NCBI GenBank assembly: GCA_031409655.1
Contig: JANNXQ010000289.1
Location: 1 to 54,095 of the forward strand
Source of the DNA: Chthoniobacteraceae bacterium
GTDB taxonomy: Bacteria > Verrucomicrobiota > Verrucomicrobiia > Chthoniobacterales > Chthoniobacteraceae
Length of the DNA stretch: 54,095 nt
Direction of reading: 5' to 3'
The notes under the pieces were generated by a model. The model made no database searches and had not been told where the DNA came from. It was given only the letters and a program-made list of their open reading frames with translations. Positions 36,869 through 45,838 of the stretch are shown in pieces (the first letter of the stretch is position 1; each line of letters begins with the position of its first letter). Both the position numbers and the translations under genes were made by a program.

Positions 36869-37852
36869 TCAGAGCAGCCAGGCCGCCAGCGAGAAGTAGA
36901 GGAGCAGCGTGAGCACATCCGTGATGGCGAGCGTGATCGGGCCGGCGGCGATCTTCGGATCGAGCTTCAGCGCATGGAGGAGCGTTGGGACGCCAAGCCC
37001 GGCGAGACAAGCGATCCCCACGGACCCCGTGACACTCACCCCGACGACCACCGCACCCGGGACGGTCTGCCGCCAGAGGAAGACGATCGCAAAGACGAGC
37101 AGCCCACACCCGCAACCCAGCAAGGACGCGGTGCCGACCTCCCGCCGCGCGCTCTTCCAAAACCAGCGCCAGTCGGGAGTCCGCACCCGCAACGCCTGAA
37201 GAGTGAGCGTCATGGATTGAATGCTCACGGATTCCGCGAGGGCGAGGACCAGCGCCAGGAAGAACGCCACGAGCACCGTGCGCGCGAGCGTTTCCTCAAA
37301 GGCTCCCGCCAGCAGCGCGCCGACGGTGCCACTGCCGATGGTCGCGAGCAGCCACGGAAAGCGCAGCCGGAAGGCCCGCCACGTCGAAGCACCCCGCGCC
37401 TCCTCGATGTGAAAACCGAGCACCTCGAAGGTGTCGGTCGCCTTGTCCGGCTCCGCCAGATCGAGCACCTCCTCGGTGAAGACGCCGATGTCGAGCACGC
37501 CCACCACCTGCCGCTGCGCATCGACCACCGGGAAGGCGAAAAATTTGTAGAGGACGAAAAGCTCGCAGGCCTCAAGCAGCGTGGCCTGCTGCGGGATCGC
37601 CACCACGCGCCGCACCATCAGGTCGGCGATCCGCTGGTCCGGTTGCCCGAGGAGCAGGCTTCGGGTGGGGAGCACGCCCGCGAGCCGCCCGTCCGCATCG
37701 GCCACGTAAAAGTAGATGATCTTTCCCCCGATCCCCTGCTCCCGGATCGCCCGCAGCGCATCTTCGACGGACATGCCTTTGCGCAGCAGGACAAAGTCCG
37801 AGCGGGTGTGCGCGAGGACGGCTTCGTGAAAATGAGTCGGACTACCAGGCAT
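36869..37852 (-). CDS. mgtE: Magnesium transporter MgtE (CBS pair + membrane domain, no N-terminal domain)
   Basis: IYFYV.D...L.GV, FPVVD CBS motifs; R.PWL, DP.IAAGP.TL.ITD. Confidence 0.88.
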   Translation of the reverse strand: MPGSPTHFHEAVLAHTRSDFVLLRKGMSVEDALRAIREQGIGGKIIYFYVADADGRLAGVLPTRSLLLGQPDQRIADLMVRRVVAIPQQATLLEACELFVLYKFFAFPVVDAQRQVVGVLDIGVFTEEVLDLAEPDKATDTFEVLGFHIEEARGASTWRAFRLRFPWLLATIGSGTVGALLAGAFEETLARTVLVAFFLALVLALAESVSIQSMTLTLQALRVRTPDWRWFWKSARREVGTASLLGCGCGLLVFAIVFLWRQTVPGAVVVGVSVTGSVGIACLAGLGVPTLLHALKLDPKIAAGPITLAITDVLTLLLYFSLAAWLL

Positions 37853-37925
37853 GACCAAATGGAGACCTCCCTCCGCCCCCGCTCTTATCTTCTTCCTCCG
37901 TGTCGGTGAGGATGAATCGCCAACC

Positions 37926-38072
37926 CTAAGGAGCGGGCAGCGTCACCGGCGGCGGCGGCGGCGCGGCGCTGCGGACTTCGATCCACCACCACAGACCGAG
38001 CACGAGGGCGAGCACCACGAGGCCGCTCGCGATCATCCGCCCGCGGGTCGGCGGAGCCTCCGGCGCAGCCAT
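37926..38072 (-). CDS. Unannotated 48-aa single-TM polyproline peptide
   Basis: ATG..TAG open frame MAAPEAPPTRGRMIASGLVVLALVLGLWWWIEVRSAAPPPPPVTLPAP; starts 6 nt after the preceding stop; below the ORF-track cutoff. Confidence 0.6.
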   Translation of the reverse strand: MAAPEAPPTRGRMIASGLVVLALVLGLWWWIEVRSAAPPPPPVTLPAP

Positions 38073-38078
38073 CGCCAG

Positions 38079-38363
38079 CTACTCGACGAGCGTGTCGATG
38101 CGCTCTGCCGTCTCGAAATCGAGATCGGTGATCCCGCCTTCGCTATGGGTCGAGAGCGCGATCCGCACCTTGGTGTAGCGGATGTCGATGTCGGGATGAT
38201 GCTCATCCTCCTCGGCGATTTCCGCGACGCTGTTCACGAAATCGATCGCGCCATTGAAATCATCGAATTCGTAAACGCGTTCGATGTGTTTTTTGTCCAG
38301 CTCCCACTCGGGGAGTTTCTTGAGCCACGCTTTGATGTCCTGAGGGGTGAGAAGTTCGGCCAT
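38079..38363 (-). CDS. Pterin-4a-carbinolamine dehydratase (PhhB/PCD family)
   Basis: F.DF..A..FVN.VA..AE...HHPDI, L.TH..GG.T..D. Confidence 0.92.
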   Translation of the reverse strand: MAELLTPQDIKAWLKKLPEWELDKKHIERVYEFDDFNGAIDFVNSVAEIAEEDEHHPDIDIRYTKVRIALSTHSEGGITDLDFETAERIDTLVE

Positions 38364-38609
38364 GATGTCTTGGGATTAAAAATGTGCGGGAGAAGTAACA
38401 CCCCGCGCCAGCAATTCAAACGCAATCTCACTCCGTTTCCGCAGCGACCCGGAAGCTCGCGGTGCCACGCATTTGAACCGTCCCGACATCCTGCTGGACG
38501 GTGCAGGAATCCGGGAAAGAATCCCCCCCAGCCGCGTTAGAGTCTTTGACGACACGCACCGTCGTTCTCCCCGGAATGGAACCAAGAAACGAACAAGAAG
38601 AGAACGAAC

Positions 38610-39167
38610 ATGAAGACCTACACGAAATACGGAATCGCCCTCGCCTGGGCGGCAGTCGCAGTCGCCTACTACGTGCGAGTGCCAGAGTTCAGGGAGTCCG
38701 TGCAGGCAAAATGGCCCTGGGCCAAAGACCGCGTGGCGCTTGGGCAAACCGCAAAAGCCAGCCCGCCGCCCCAGCCCGCACCGGAACCAAAAGTGCAGCC
38801 GATGGAGGAGCCCGCACCGCTCCCCGAACCAGTCGCGGTCGTCCGCGCGCCCGCAGCACCGCTGGCCATGACCACTCCCGAACCGGAGCGCACCCCGAGT
38901 GATCTTTTCCAGGAACTCGCCAACAACCGCGCCACCTGGCCGGCCACGGTCCGCCTGAAGAGCACGGTGTCCTTTCCCGCCGTCCTGAACGGCAAAGTCG
39001 TCGGCCGGGTGAATCTCGGAAAGGAGAGCGTGGTGACGCTGGTCACGATCAGCCAGGGGAAGCTCGGCCTGGAAAATCGCGGGGGTGGCGCGTGGGTCGC
39101 CCCGGAGCAGACGGACCTGCTCGATAGGCTCCCCCGCTCGGTCCCGCGCCTCGCGGAATCCCGCTAG
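38610..39167 (+). CDS. Membrane-anchored hypothetical protein with a Pro-rich linker
   Basis: N-terminal TM helix, Pro-rich linker, small beta-rich C-terminal domain. Confidence 0.7.
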   Translation: MKTYTKYGIALAWAAVAVAYYVRVPEFRESVQAKWPWAKDRVALGQTAKASPPPQPAPEPKVQPMEEPAPLPEPVAVVRAPAAPLAMTTPEPERTPSDLFQELANNRATWPATVRLKSTVSFPAVLNGKVVGRVNLGKESVVTLVTISQGKLGLENRGGGAWVAPEQTDLLDRLPRSVPRLAESR

Positions 39168-39303
39168 TCGCCGCCCGCAGGCTTTGCATCTTTCATCGCG
39201 GCTTCGGTCGTGGCATTCGTCGGCCCCGCCATGACCCGCATCCCAGTATCCAGGCTCGATCCTCGCGCCCCCCAAGGCTAGTCCCGGCGCACCTTCGATC
39301 ACG

Positions 39304-40434
39304 ATGCACCTCGTCTATTTCGGACAGCCCCCCAGCCAGGGCACGGGCAGTCCGATCACCATCCTCCGGCACCTGCGGCGCTTCGCCGCGGACGGGCATC
39401 GCATCTCGGTCATTGAGGAGTGGGGGCCGCCGTCCGCCAGCGAGTGGCCCGTCTTCCAACTTCCGCATCGGCGATTCTGGTGGCCACCCTTCGGTGGAAA
39501 TGACGACTGGCTGCGCGCCCTGCGGATGCGCCTCTGGGCGGGTGAAAGTGCGCGGGTGCTTGGCGAACGACCGTCGGCCGTGCTCACCTATCTCGGCTCT
39601 CACTCGGGCCTGCTTTCGGAAGTCGCGGCCCACTACGCGCGGCGCTTTCGTTTGCCGCTGAGCACCATCGTCCACGACGACGTCGCCGCCTTTCCCTCCG
39701 CCGACCCTGCGGCAGTCAAAGTCACGCAGCAGCGCTACCGCTGGATTCTCAAACAGGCGCACTGGAACTGGTTCGTCTCCGAAGAACTCGCCGCAGCCTA
39801 CGGCCAACCCGGCGGCGAGGACTCCGTGCTCCTCCCCATTCCCGAAGGCACCGATCGTCGCACCGCGTGGCGCCCCTCTTTTGCGCAGCGCCCACTGATC
39901 GTCTCCGCCGGCTTTCTTTACGATGAGCAGATCCCCCTGCTCACCCGCCTCGCGCGGATCATCGATCGCGCCGGCGGTCACCTCCTTCTCCTCACCCGCG
40001 AAACGCCCGCTCTCCGCAAACTCTGCACGCGCGAACCGATCACCCTGAAAGCGCTGCTGCCCTCGAATGCCGACGCGCTCGACTTCGTCGCCGCCGAAGC
40101 CGCCGGCTTCCTCGCGGCGTACTGCGACCGTGTGGAAGAGATGCCGTGGATTCGCAGCAGCTTCCCGAGCAAGGTCGTGGAGTTCAGCCACGCAGGGCTG
40201 CCGATGCTCTTCGTCTCCCCGGCGGCGAGCACCATTCATCGGTGGAATGTCGCGCACTTGGTGCCGCACAATTTCACGCCCGATCAGGAAGCCGGGATCG
40301 CTGATTTCGTGGCCGCGTTGAAAGATCCAGCGAGCTGGGAAACCGCCGCCCGTTCCACGCGCAAACTGGCAGAGACCGACTTCGATCCCGCAGGCATCCA
40401 CACGCGGCTCGCGGCGAAAATGTCGGGCGGATAG
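39304..40434 (+). CDS. GT-B (family 4-like) glycosyltransferase
   Basis: G.G....I.RH N-terminal loop, VHDD, VSEEL, SFPSK..E....G.P. Confidence 0.7.
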   Translation: MHLVYFGQPPSQGTGSPITILRHLRRFAADGHRISVIEEWGPPSASEWPVFQLPHRRFWWPPFGGNDDWLRALRMRLWAGESARVLGERPSAVLTYLGSHSGLLSEVAAHYARRFRLPLSTIVHDDVAAFPSADPAAVKVTQQRYRWILKQAHWNWFVSEELAAAYGQPGGEDSVLLPIPEGTDRRTAWRPSFAQRPLIVSAGFLYDEQIPLLTRLARIIDRAGGHLLLLTRETPALRKLCTREPITLKALLPSNADALDFVAAEAAGFLAAYCDRVEEMPWIRSSFPSKVVEFSHAGLPMLFVSPAASTIHRWNVAHLVPHNFTPDQEAGIADFVAALKDPASWETAARSTRKLAETDFDPAGIHTRLAAKMSGG

Positions 40435-40445
40435 TCGCCCGCCGA

Positions 40446-41879
40446 TCAGGCGAGGATCTCGTTCACCAGCCGGCCGCCTTGGTTGTCAGTGAGCGAGACG
40501 TCGGCGCCGTTGCGTTTGAAGGTGAGCTTCGTGTGGTCGATGCCGAAGAGGTGCATCAACGTCGCGTGGTAGTCGTGGTGGTTCACGATGTCCGTCACGG
40601 CTTTGTGGCCAAACTCGTCCGTTCCGCCAAAGGTCGTGCCCGCTTTGAAGCCACCACCCGCGACCCACATGGTGAAGCCGTAGGTATTGTGATCGCGGCC
40701 GACGACATCGAGGTTGCCTTCGTATTGGATGACCGGCAGGCGACCCATTTCGCCGCCCCAATGCACCGCTGTCGAATCGAGTAGCCCGCGTTGCTTGAGA
40801 TCGGCGACGAGTCCGGCGGAGCCTTTGTCCACATACTCACAAGCCTTCGGCAGACTCCCGATGATTCCCTTGTGATGATCCCAAGTCTGATTGCCAGTGT
40901 AGAGCTGCACGAAACGCACGCCGCGCTCCACGAGCCGCCGCGCGATCAGGCAGCGCATGCCAAATTCCGCCGTTGCGGGATTGTCGATGCCGTAGAGTTT
41001 TTTCGTCGCCTCACTTTCACCGGAAATATCGAGCGCTTCTTTCGCTGAAGTCTGCAGCTTGCCGGCGAGCTCGTAGCTCGAGATGCGGGCCTCTAGATCA
41101 GTCTCGCCGGGATGCTGCGCGAGGTGCTCGCGGTTGAGTTTTTCGAGGAAACCGAGGTAGCGCTTTTGGGCTTCGCCGCGCAGGTGCGGGGCCGCGTCGA
41201 GATTCGGAATACGCGGCTCGGTGGCGCGCACCGCGGTGCCCTGATAGAGCGACGGCAGCCAGCCGTTCGTCCAATTTTCCACCCCGAGCACCGGAAGCCC
41301 GCGCGGATCGGTGAGCGCGACGTAGGCGGGCAGTTCCTGCGACTCGGAGCCGAGCGCGTACGTCAGCCAGCTCCCGATCGTGGGTCGTCCGCCGAGGATG
41401 CGTCCGTTTTGCAGCGCGTAGATGGATTGCCCGTGATTGTTCACGCCCGTCTGCATGCCGCGCAGGATGCACACGTCATCGACCACGCCGGCGAAATGCG
41501 GGAGCAGCTCGCTCACATCCGCGCCGCACGCGCCGTGTTGCTTAAACTTCCACGGACTCGCCAGTACCTTGGTGCTGGCGTGCGCAGCGTCGTCATACTT
41601 CACCTCGCCGGGAAATTTCCGGCCATCGAGTTTGTCGAGTTCCGGCTTCGGATCAAAGAGATCGATGTGGCTCGGCCCGCCCTGCATGAACATCGAGATC
41701 ATGGCCTTCGCCTTCGGCGCAAAGTGCGGCGGCTTTGGCAGTAGATCGTAGTGGCGCGGCCCGACGTCGATCGGCTTCGCGAGCAGCCCGTCCTGCTTCA
41801 AGAGCCACGCGAGCCCGAAGGCCCCGAGATGAAAGCCACCGCTGGCGAGGAAATGACGGCGGGAGTAGCAGGTGTTCAT
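40446..41879 (-). CDS. DUF1501 sulfatase-like Tat protein
   Basis: SRRHFL, HFAPKAK, FMQGGPSHIDLFDPKP, ARRLVERGVRFV, WDHH, EMGR.P, GRDH. Confidence 0.92.
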   Translation of the reverse strand: MNTCYSRRHFLASGGFHLGAFGLAWLLKQDGLLAKPIDVGPRHYDLLPKPPHFAPKAKAMISMFMQGGPSHIDLFDPKPELDKLDGRKFPGEVKYDDAAHASTKVLASPWKFKQHGACGADVSELLPHFAGVVDDVCILRGMQTGVNNHGQSIYALQNGRILGGRPTIGSWLTYALGSESQELPAYVALTDPRGLPVLGVENWTNGWLPSLYQGTAVRATEPRIPNLDAAPHLRGEAQKRYLGFLEKLNREHLAQHPGETDLEARISSYELAGKLQTSAKEALDISGESEATKKLYGIDNPATAEFGMRCLIARRLVERGVRFVQLYTGNQTWDHHKGIIGSLPKACEYVDKGSAGLVADLKQRGLLDSTAVHWGGEMGRLPVIQYEGNLDVVGRDHNTYGFTMWVAGGGFKAGTTFGGTDEFGHKAVTDIVNHHDYHATLMHLFGIDHTKLTFKRNGADVSLTDNQGGRLVNEILA

Positions 41880-41908
41880 GGATGGAGATTTGAGAGCGAC
41901 CGCAAACT

Positions 41909-42093
41909 CCTGGGAGCATACGCGTCTCGCGTGTTGATTGCGGCGTCCCGCCGAAACAAACTTCCTGAATTTTGCCGGTGAGACACTGGGATTCGGCTTT
42001 CGTTTCCCGGAACGCCTCGGGGATGCGGTCGCCGATGAAAGTTCGTCGCCGCGAGACGCGCCGACCGACACGCGAGACGCGTATGCTCCCGGG
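41909..42093. repeat. Long REPIN-like inverted doublet
   Basis: cctgggagcatacgcgtctcgcgtgt ... acacgcgagacgcgtatgctcccggg, with a second inner pair of hairpins. Confidence 0.88.
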
Positions 42094-42116
42094 AACTTCG
42101 ACCCGCACGCTCTCTT

Positions 42117-44798
42117 TCAGTCCACATACAAAAACCGGTTCGCCGTGAGCAGCGCCTGGCAGAAGGTCGCGAGGGCCTGCGTTTCCGGAGTCGCGGGCGG
42201 GGCTTCCTTGCCTTTCGGGAGGGCCGGCGCTTTCACCGGATGCTCTTTGAAGTGCGCGGCTTGTTCATTCAGGAACGCCACGGACTCCGCGAGATCGCCC
42301 GCCGCGGGTTCACTGCCGAACGCCAGCAGCCACGCGCGTTTCACCTGCGCCTCGAGATTCGCACCGGCATCGCGCGCCACGCGCTCGGCAAAGAACTTCG
42401 ACTGCGCGAGCGTGAACTCCCCATTCATCATCGCCAGCGATTGCGGCGCGACGGTCGAGGCGTTGCGCGCTTCGCAGTTCGGCTCCATGCGCGGCATGTC
42501 GAAAGTCTCCAAAATCCCGAGCGGCTTGGTGCGCCGATTCTGGACGTAAAGACTGCGCCGGAACTCGTCGCCATTGAGCGGCACGTATTTTCCGGACGGG
42601 CGTCCAGCGGTGTCGTTCGTATCGACGCCGACGACGATCAGTCCGTCTTCATCCGTCCGCACCGGCACCGGCGGGCCAAACATCTTCGGGTTCATTTTCC
42701 CGCTCACCACGAGCATCGCGTCGCGAATATTCTCCGCCTCGAGCCGCCGGACATTCATGCGACCGACGAGCAGATTGTCGGGATCTTCGCGCTCCTTCCG
42801 CGGATCGCGCACGGACGACTGCCGATACGCCGCCGAAGTCAGCACGAGCCGGTGCAGCTTTTTCATGCTCCAGCCCTGCGCGACGAATTCGCTCGCGAGC
42901 CAGTCGAGCAACTCCGGATGCGTCGGTCGGTCGCCGAGATGCCCGAAGTCTGCGACGGATCCGACGAGGCCGCGTCCGAAATGATGGTGCCAGACTCGAT
43001 TCACGAGCACGCGCGTGGTGAGCGGATGCTGGCCATCGGTGAGACTGCGGGCGAAGGCGAGGCGTCGTCCGCTCGTCGGCAGCGCGCTGTCCTTTTGCGG
43101 AATTTCCGTCGGACGCAGCGACGCGAGGATCGTGAGTTCACCTGGCTGCACCTGCTCGCGCGGCTGAGTGGGTTCGCCGCGACTGAAGAGGTGCGTGGCC
43201 GGCAGTGGCGCGCCGGGCGTTTCATTGAGCACCGGGATGAATTCCTCCACCGGCTTGCGCTTGCGAATCTCCGCGGCTTTGTCGGCGAAGACCTTCAACT
43301 CCGCCTCGTGCTTCGTCTTGTAGGTGCGGTCGTAGAGATACAGGGATCCGGCGCTGAGTTGATTGATCGTCGGGTGCGCCTTGAGCAGTTTGAGCTGCTC
43401 CGGCGTGCGTTTCTTCGCCTCCGTCTTGAAGGCCGCGCGCAACGGCTCCCGCACCTCCTCCGGCTTCGCGTCGAGCTCCCAGCCGAGCACTTTCTCGATG
43501 AATTCGTCCTCCTTTACCTTCCGCTCGGCCTCCACAGCCTTCGCCTCTTTCTCGATCTCCGCCGCTTTCGCCCGCTCGGTATCCGGCATCAGCGAGACGA
43601 GCCGCGCCGCCGGCACGCGCCACTTTTCCGGATCCAACGCCGGCTCGAAGATCGCGCGCATCCGGTAGTAGTCCGTCTGCGGGATCGGATCGTGCCGATG
43701 ATCGTGGCACTGCGCGCAGCCGACCGTCATCCCGAGCAGCGACGACGACACGACTTTGATCGTCTCGGAGACCACCGCGTTGCGCGCGATCTTCTGCTCA
43801 GCGGTCGCAGCGCCCGCAGTTCCATCCGGCACCATGCGCAGGAAGCCGGTGGCGGAGAGCTTCTCGATCGCGTCCGGCGCGAGATTTTTCAGCGGACCAG
43901 TCACCATCTCGTCGCCCGCGAGCTGCTCGCGGATGAATTCGTCGAAGGGCTTGTCCGAGTTGAAAGCGCGGATCACGTAGTCGCGATATTTGTGCGCCCA
44001 GAGCCGCACCGGATCAGCATCCGAGTAACCGTCCGAATCCGCATACCCCGCGACATCGAGCCAATGCCGCCCCCAGCGCTCACCGTAGTGCGGCGAGGCG
44101 AGCAGCCGATCCACGAGCCGCTCATAGGACCCAGGCGCCGTGTCAGCGAGAAAAGTCGCCACCTCGTCCGGCGTCGGCGGCATGCCCGTGAGAGCGAAAG
44201 TCACCCGGCGCAGCAGTGTCCGTCGATCCGCCTCCGGCGCGAACTCCAGCCCTTTTTCCGCGAGCTTCGCGAGGAGGAAAGCGTCGATTGGATTCAAGGA
44301 GCGGCGGTTTTCAACCGCCGCCGGCGATTGCCAATCGCCGTTGCTCCTTGGCACCGCCGTCCGCCGGATTGGCTGGAAGGCCCAAAACTCCCGCTCCTCC
44401 TCGGTAATGAAAAACGTCGGCACCTCCGTTGGCTCCGGTCGCGCCGTCTTCGCTCCCTGGACGATCCACTTCTCGAGGGTCGCGATCTCCGCCGCCGTCA
44501 GCTTGTCGCCCTTCGCCGGCATCTCTCCTTCGCGCACCAGCGTCAGCATTTCGCTCTCCTCCGGCTTCCCCGGCACGAGCGGATGCGCGCCTTCGTCCGA
44601 CGGCATTTCCATGAGCCGCCGCAGCCGCAGATCCACGCCCCCCTTCAGCTTCTCCCCCTCGCCATGACAGTGGAAACAATGCCGCTTCACAATCGGCCGC
44701 ACATCCCGCTCAAAGGTCAGCTCCACCACCTCCGCACGCGCTGAAACCATGATCGCCAGAGCCGCGAAGAGGAGCAGGGAGCGTGGAATCGGAGACAT
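42117..44798 (-). CDS. Planctomycete cytochrome c / DUF1549 / DUF1553 protein
   Basis: CFHCH and CAQCH heme motifs, WAFQP, NPIDAF, YGERWGRHWLD, RVLVNRVW, PTHPELLDWLA. Confidence 0.93.
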   Translation of the reverse strand: MSPIPRSLLLFAALAIMVSARAEVVELTFERDVRPIVKRHCFHCHGEGEKLKGGVDLRLRRLMEMPSDEGAHPLVPGKPEESEMLTLVREGEMPAKGDKLTAAEIATLEKWIVQGAKTARPEPTEVPTFFITEEEREFWAFQPIRRTAVPRSNGDWQSPAAVENRRSLNPIDAFLLAKLAEKGLEFAPEADRRTLLRRVTFALTGMPPTPDEVATFLADTAPGSYERLVDRLLASPHYGERWGRHWLDVAGYADSDGYSDADPVRLWAHKYRDYVIRAFNSDKPFDEFIREQLAGDEMVTGPLKNLAPDAIEKLSATGFLRMVPDGTAGAATAEQKIARNAVVSETIKVVSSSLLGMTVGCAQCHDHRHDPIPQTDYYRMRAIFEPALDPEKWRVPAARLVSLMPDTERAKAAEIEKEAKAVEAERKVKEDEFIEKVLGWELDAKPEEVREPLRAAFKTEAKKRTPEQLKLLKAHPTINQLSAGSLYLYDRTYKTKHEAELKVFADKAAEIRKRKPVEEFIPVLNETPGAPLPATHLFSRGEPTQPREQVQPGELTILASLRPTEIPQKDSALPTSGRRLAFARSLTDGQHPLTTRVLVNRVWHHHFGRGLVGSVADFGHLGDRPTHPELLDWLASEFVAQGWSMKKLHRLVLTSAAYRQSSVRDPRKEREDPDNLLVGRMNVRRLEAENIRDAMLVVSGKMNPKMFGPPVPVRTDEDGLIVVGVDTNDTAGRPSGKYVPLNGDEFRRSLYVQNRRTKPLGILETFDMPRMEPNCEARNASTVAPQSLAMMNGEFTLAQSKFFAERVARDAGANLEAQVKRAWLLAFGSEPAAGDLAESVAFLNEQAAHFKEHPVKAPALPKGKEAPPATPETQALATFCQALLTANRFLYVD
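44295..44351. repeat. REP-like doublet in frame within the DUF1549 gene (encodes PRSNGDWQSPAAVENRRSL)
   Basis: caaggag...ctccttg ends with two internal hairpins gcggcggtt/aaccgccgc and cggcgattg/caatcgccg. Confidence 0.8.
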
Positions 44799-44900
44799 TG
44801 AGGGAGGAGTGCACCGGCGCACTGCGACCTACCTCCAGAAACGGACGATCTTAGATGCGAGGCACCTCACCTCGCCATGCCCAGCTCCCTCAGCGCCCGG

Positions 44901-44985
44901 CGGATGGGGAGGGATTCGAACCCTCGTTACCTTTCGGTAAACACGCTTTCCAGGCGTGCGCATTCGACCACTCTGCCACCCATCC
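44901..44985 (-). tRNA. tRNA-Ser(GGA)
   Basis: GGATGGG/CCCATCC acceptor stem, anticodon arm CACGC-CTGGAAA-GCGTG, long variable arm, GGTTCGAATCC T-loop; followed by CCG rather than CCA. Confidence 0.95.
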
Positions 44986-45070
44986 TTTTTGCCGGCTGCG
45001 GGCGGTGAAGGTGGGCGGAAAGCGGCGCGGCTGCAAGCGGGAAGACAGCAGTAGCTGAGGTTGCCGTGAG

Positions 45071-45122
45071 TTGTAGGGCAGGCGCTCCGCCTGCCGAAGC
45101 AACCGGAGCGGTTGCCCTACAA
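45071..45122. repeat. Compact GTAG-type REP doublet
   Basis: ttgtagggca...tgccctacaa terminal inverted repeat; hairpins ggcaggcg/cgcctgcc and gcaaccg/cggttgc. Confidence 0.88.
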
Positions 45123-45179
45123 GCCTGCTCCAAGCGGAGCCTCCAACCGCCAAGAGAACCACTTTCGCCGGGCTGCTGG

Positions 45180-45671
45180 TCAGTCGCGGAAATTCTGATA
45201 GGCCAGCGCCACGCCGAAATCCTGGCTGCGGCAAAAGGCGATCACGTCCTGAAGATCGTCCCGCTTTTTCCCGGTCACACGGATTTGCCGCTCCTGAAGG
45301 GCGCTCTGGACCTTGAGTTCACGGGCTTTGATCGCTTTCACGATCTCCTTGGCCTTGTCGCCGTCGAGGCCCTGCTTGATCACGAAATCTTGGGTGGCGT
45401 GGCCAAGCGGGGAGATGGCGGGGTCTTTCCGCTCCACGTTGCGCAGGTCCACGTTGCGCTTCGCGAGCTTGCCGGTGACGATGTCGTGCAAGGCTTTCAG
45501 CCGCGAGGCATCCTCGGCTTTCAGTTCGATCGTCGATTCCTTTTCCTGCCAGTCGATCGAGGCCGTGGACCCTTTGAAGTCAAAGCGCGTGGCCAGTTCC
45601 TTGCGCGCCTGGTTGATGGCGTTGTCGATTTCCTGGACGTCGATTTCCGAGACGATGTCGAATGAAGGCAT
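45180..45671 (-). CDS. yajQ: YajQ-family nucleotide/c-di-GMP binding protein
   Basis: MPSFDIVSE.D.QE.DNA, RFDFKG, RVTGKKRDDLQ, NFRD. Confidence 0.96.
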   Translation of the reverse strand: MPSFDIVSEIDVQEIDNAINQARKELATRFDFKGSTASIDWQEKESTIELKAEDASRLKALHDIVTGKLAKRNVDLRNVERKDPAISPLGHATQDFVIKQGLDGDKAKEIVKAIKARELKVQSALQERQIRVTGKKRDDLQDVIAFCRSQDFGVALAYQNFRD

Positions 45672-45672
45672 T

Positions 45673-45837
45673 GGAAAAGTGGATGGTTGAGCGTTGAGAG
45701 TTGAGAGCCGAGCCGTTCTGAAGCCGAGGGTGCGGATTCAAACCCGAGCGACACTCAATTGCCGATGTTTGTTTTCAGAATCAGATGGATCGGCTGTCTC
45801 GCTTCGCTCGGCTCTCAACCATCAACTCTCAACTTCC
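45673..45837. repeat. Inverted heptamer arrays (GTTGAGA)n ... (TCTCAAC)n around a unique spacer
   Basis: ggttgagcgttgagagttgagagccgagc ... gctcggctctcaaccatcaactctcaac. Confidence 0.8.
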
Positions 45838-45838
45838 G

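Noticed and set aside
44898..44985. tRNA-Ser as an integration site (CCG in place of CCA)
   Set aside because: No integrase and no duplicated tRNA 3' end were seen; a non-encoded CCA is common.
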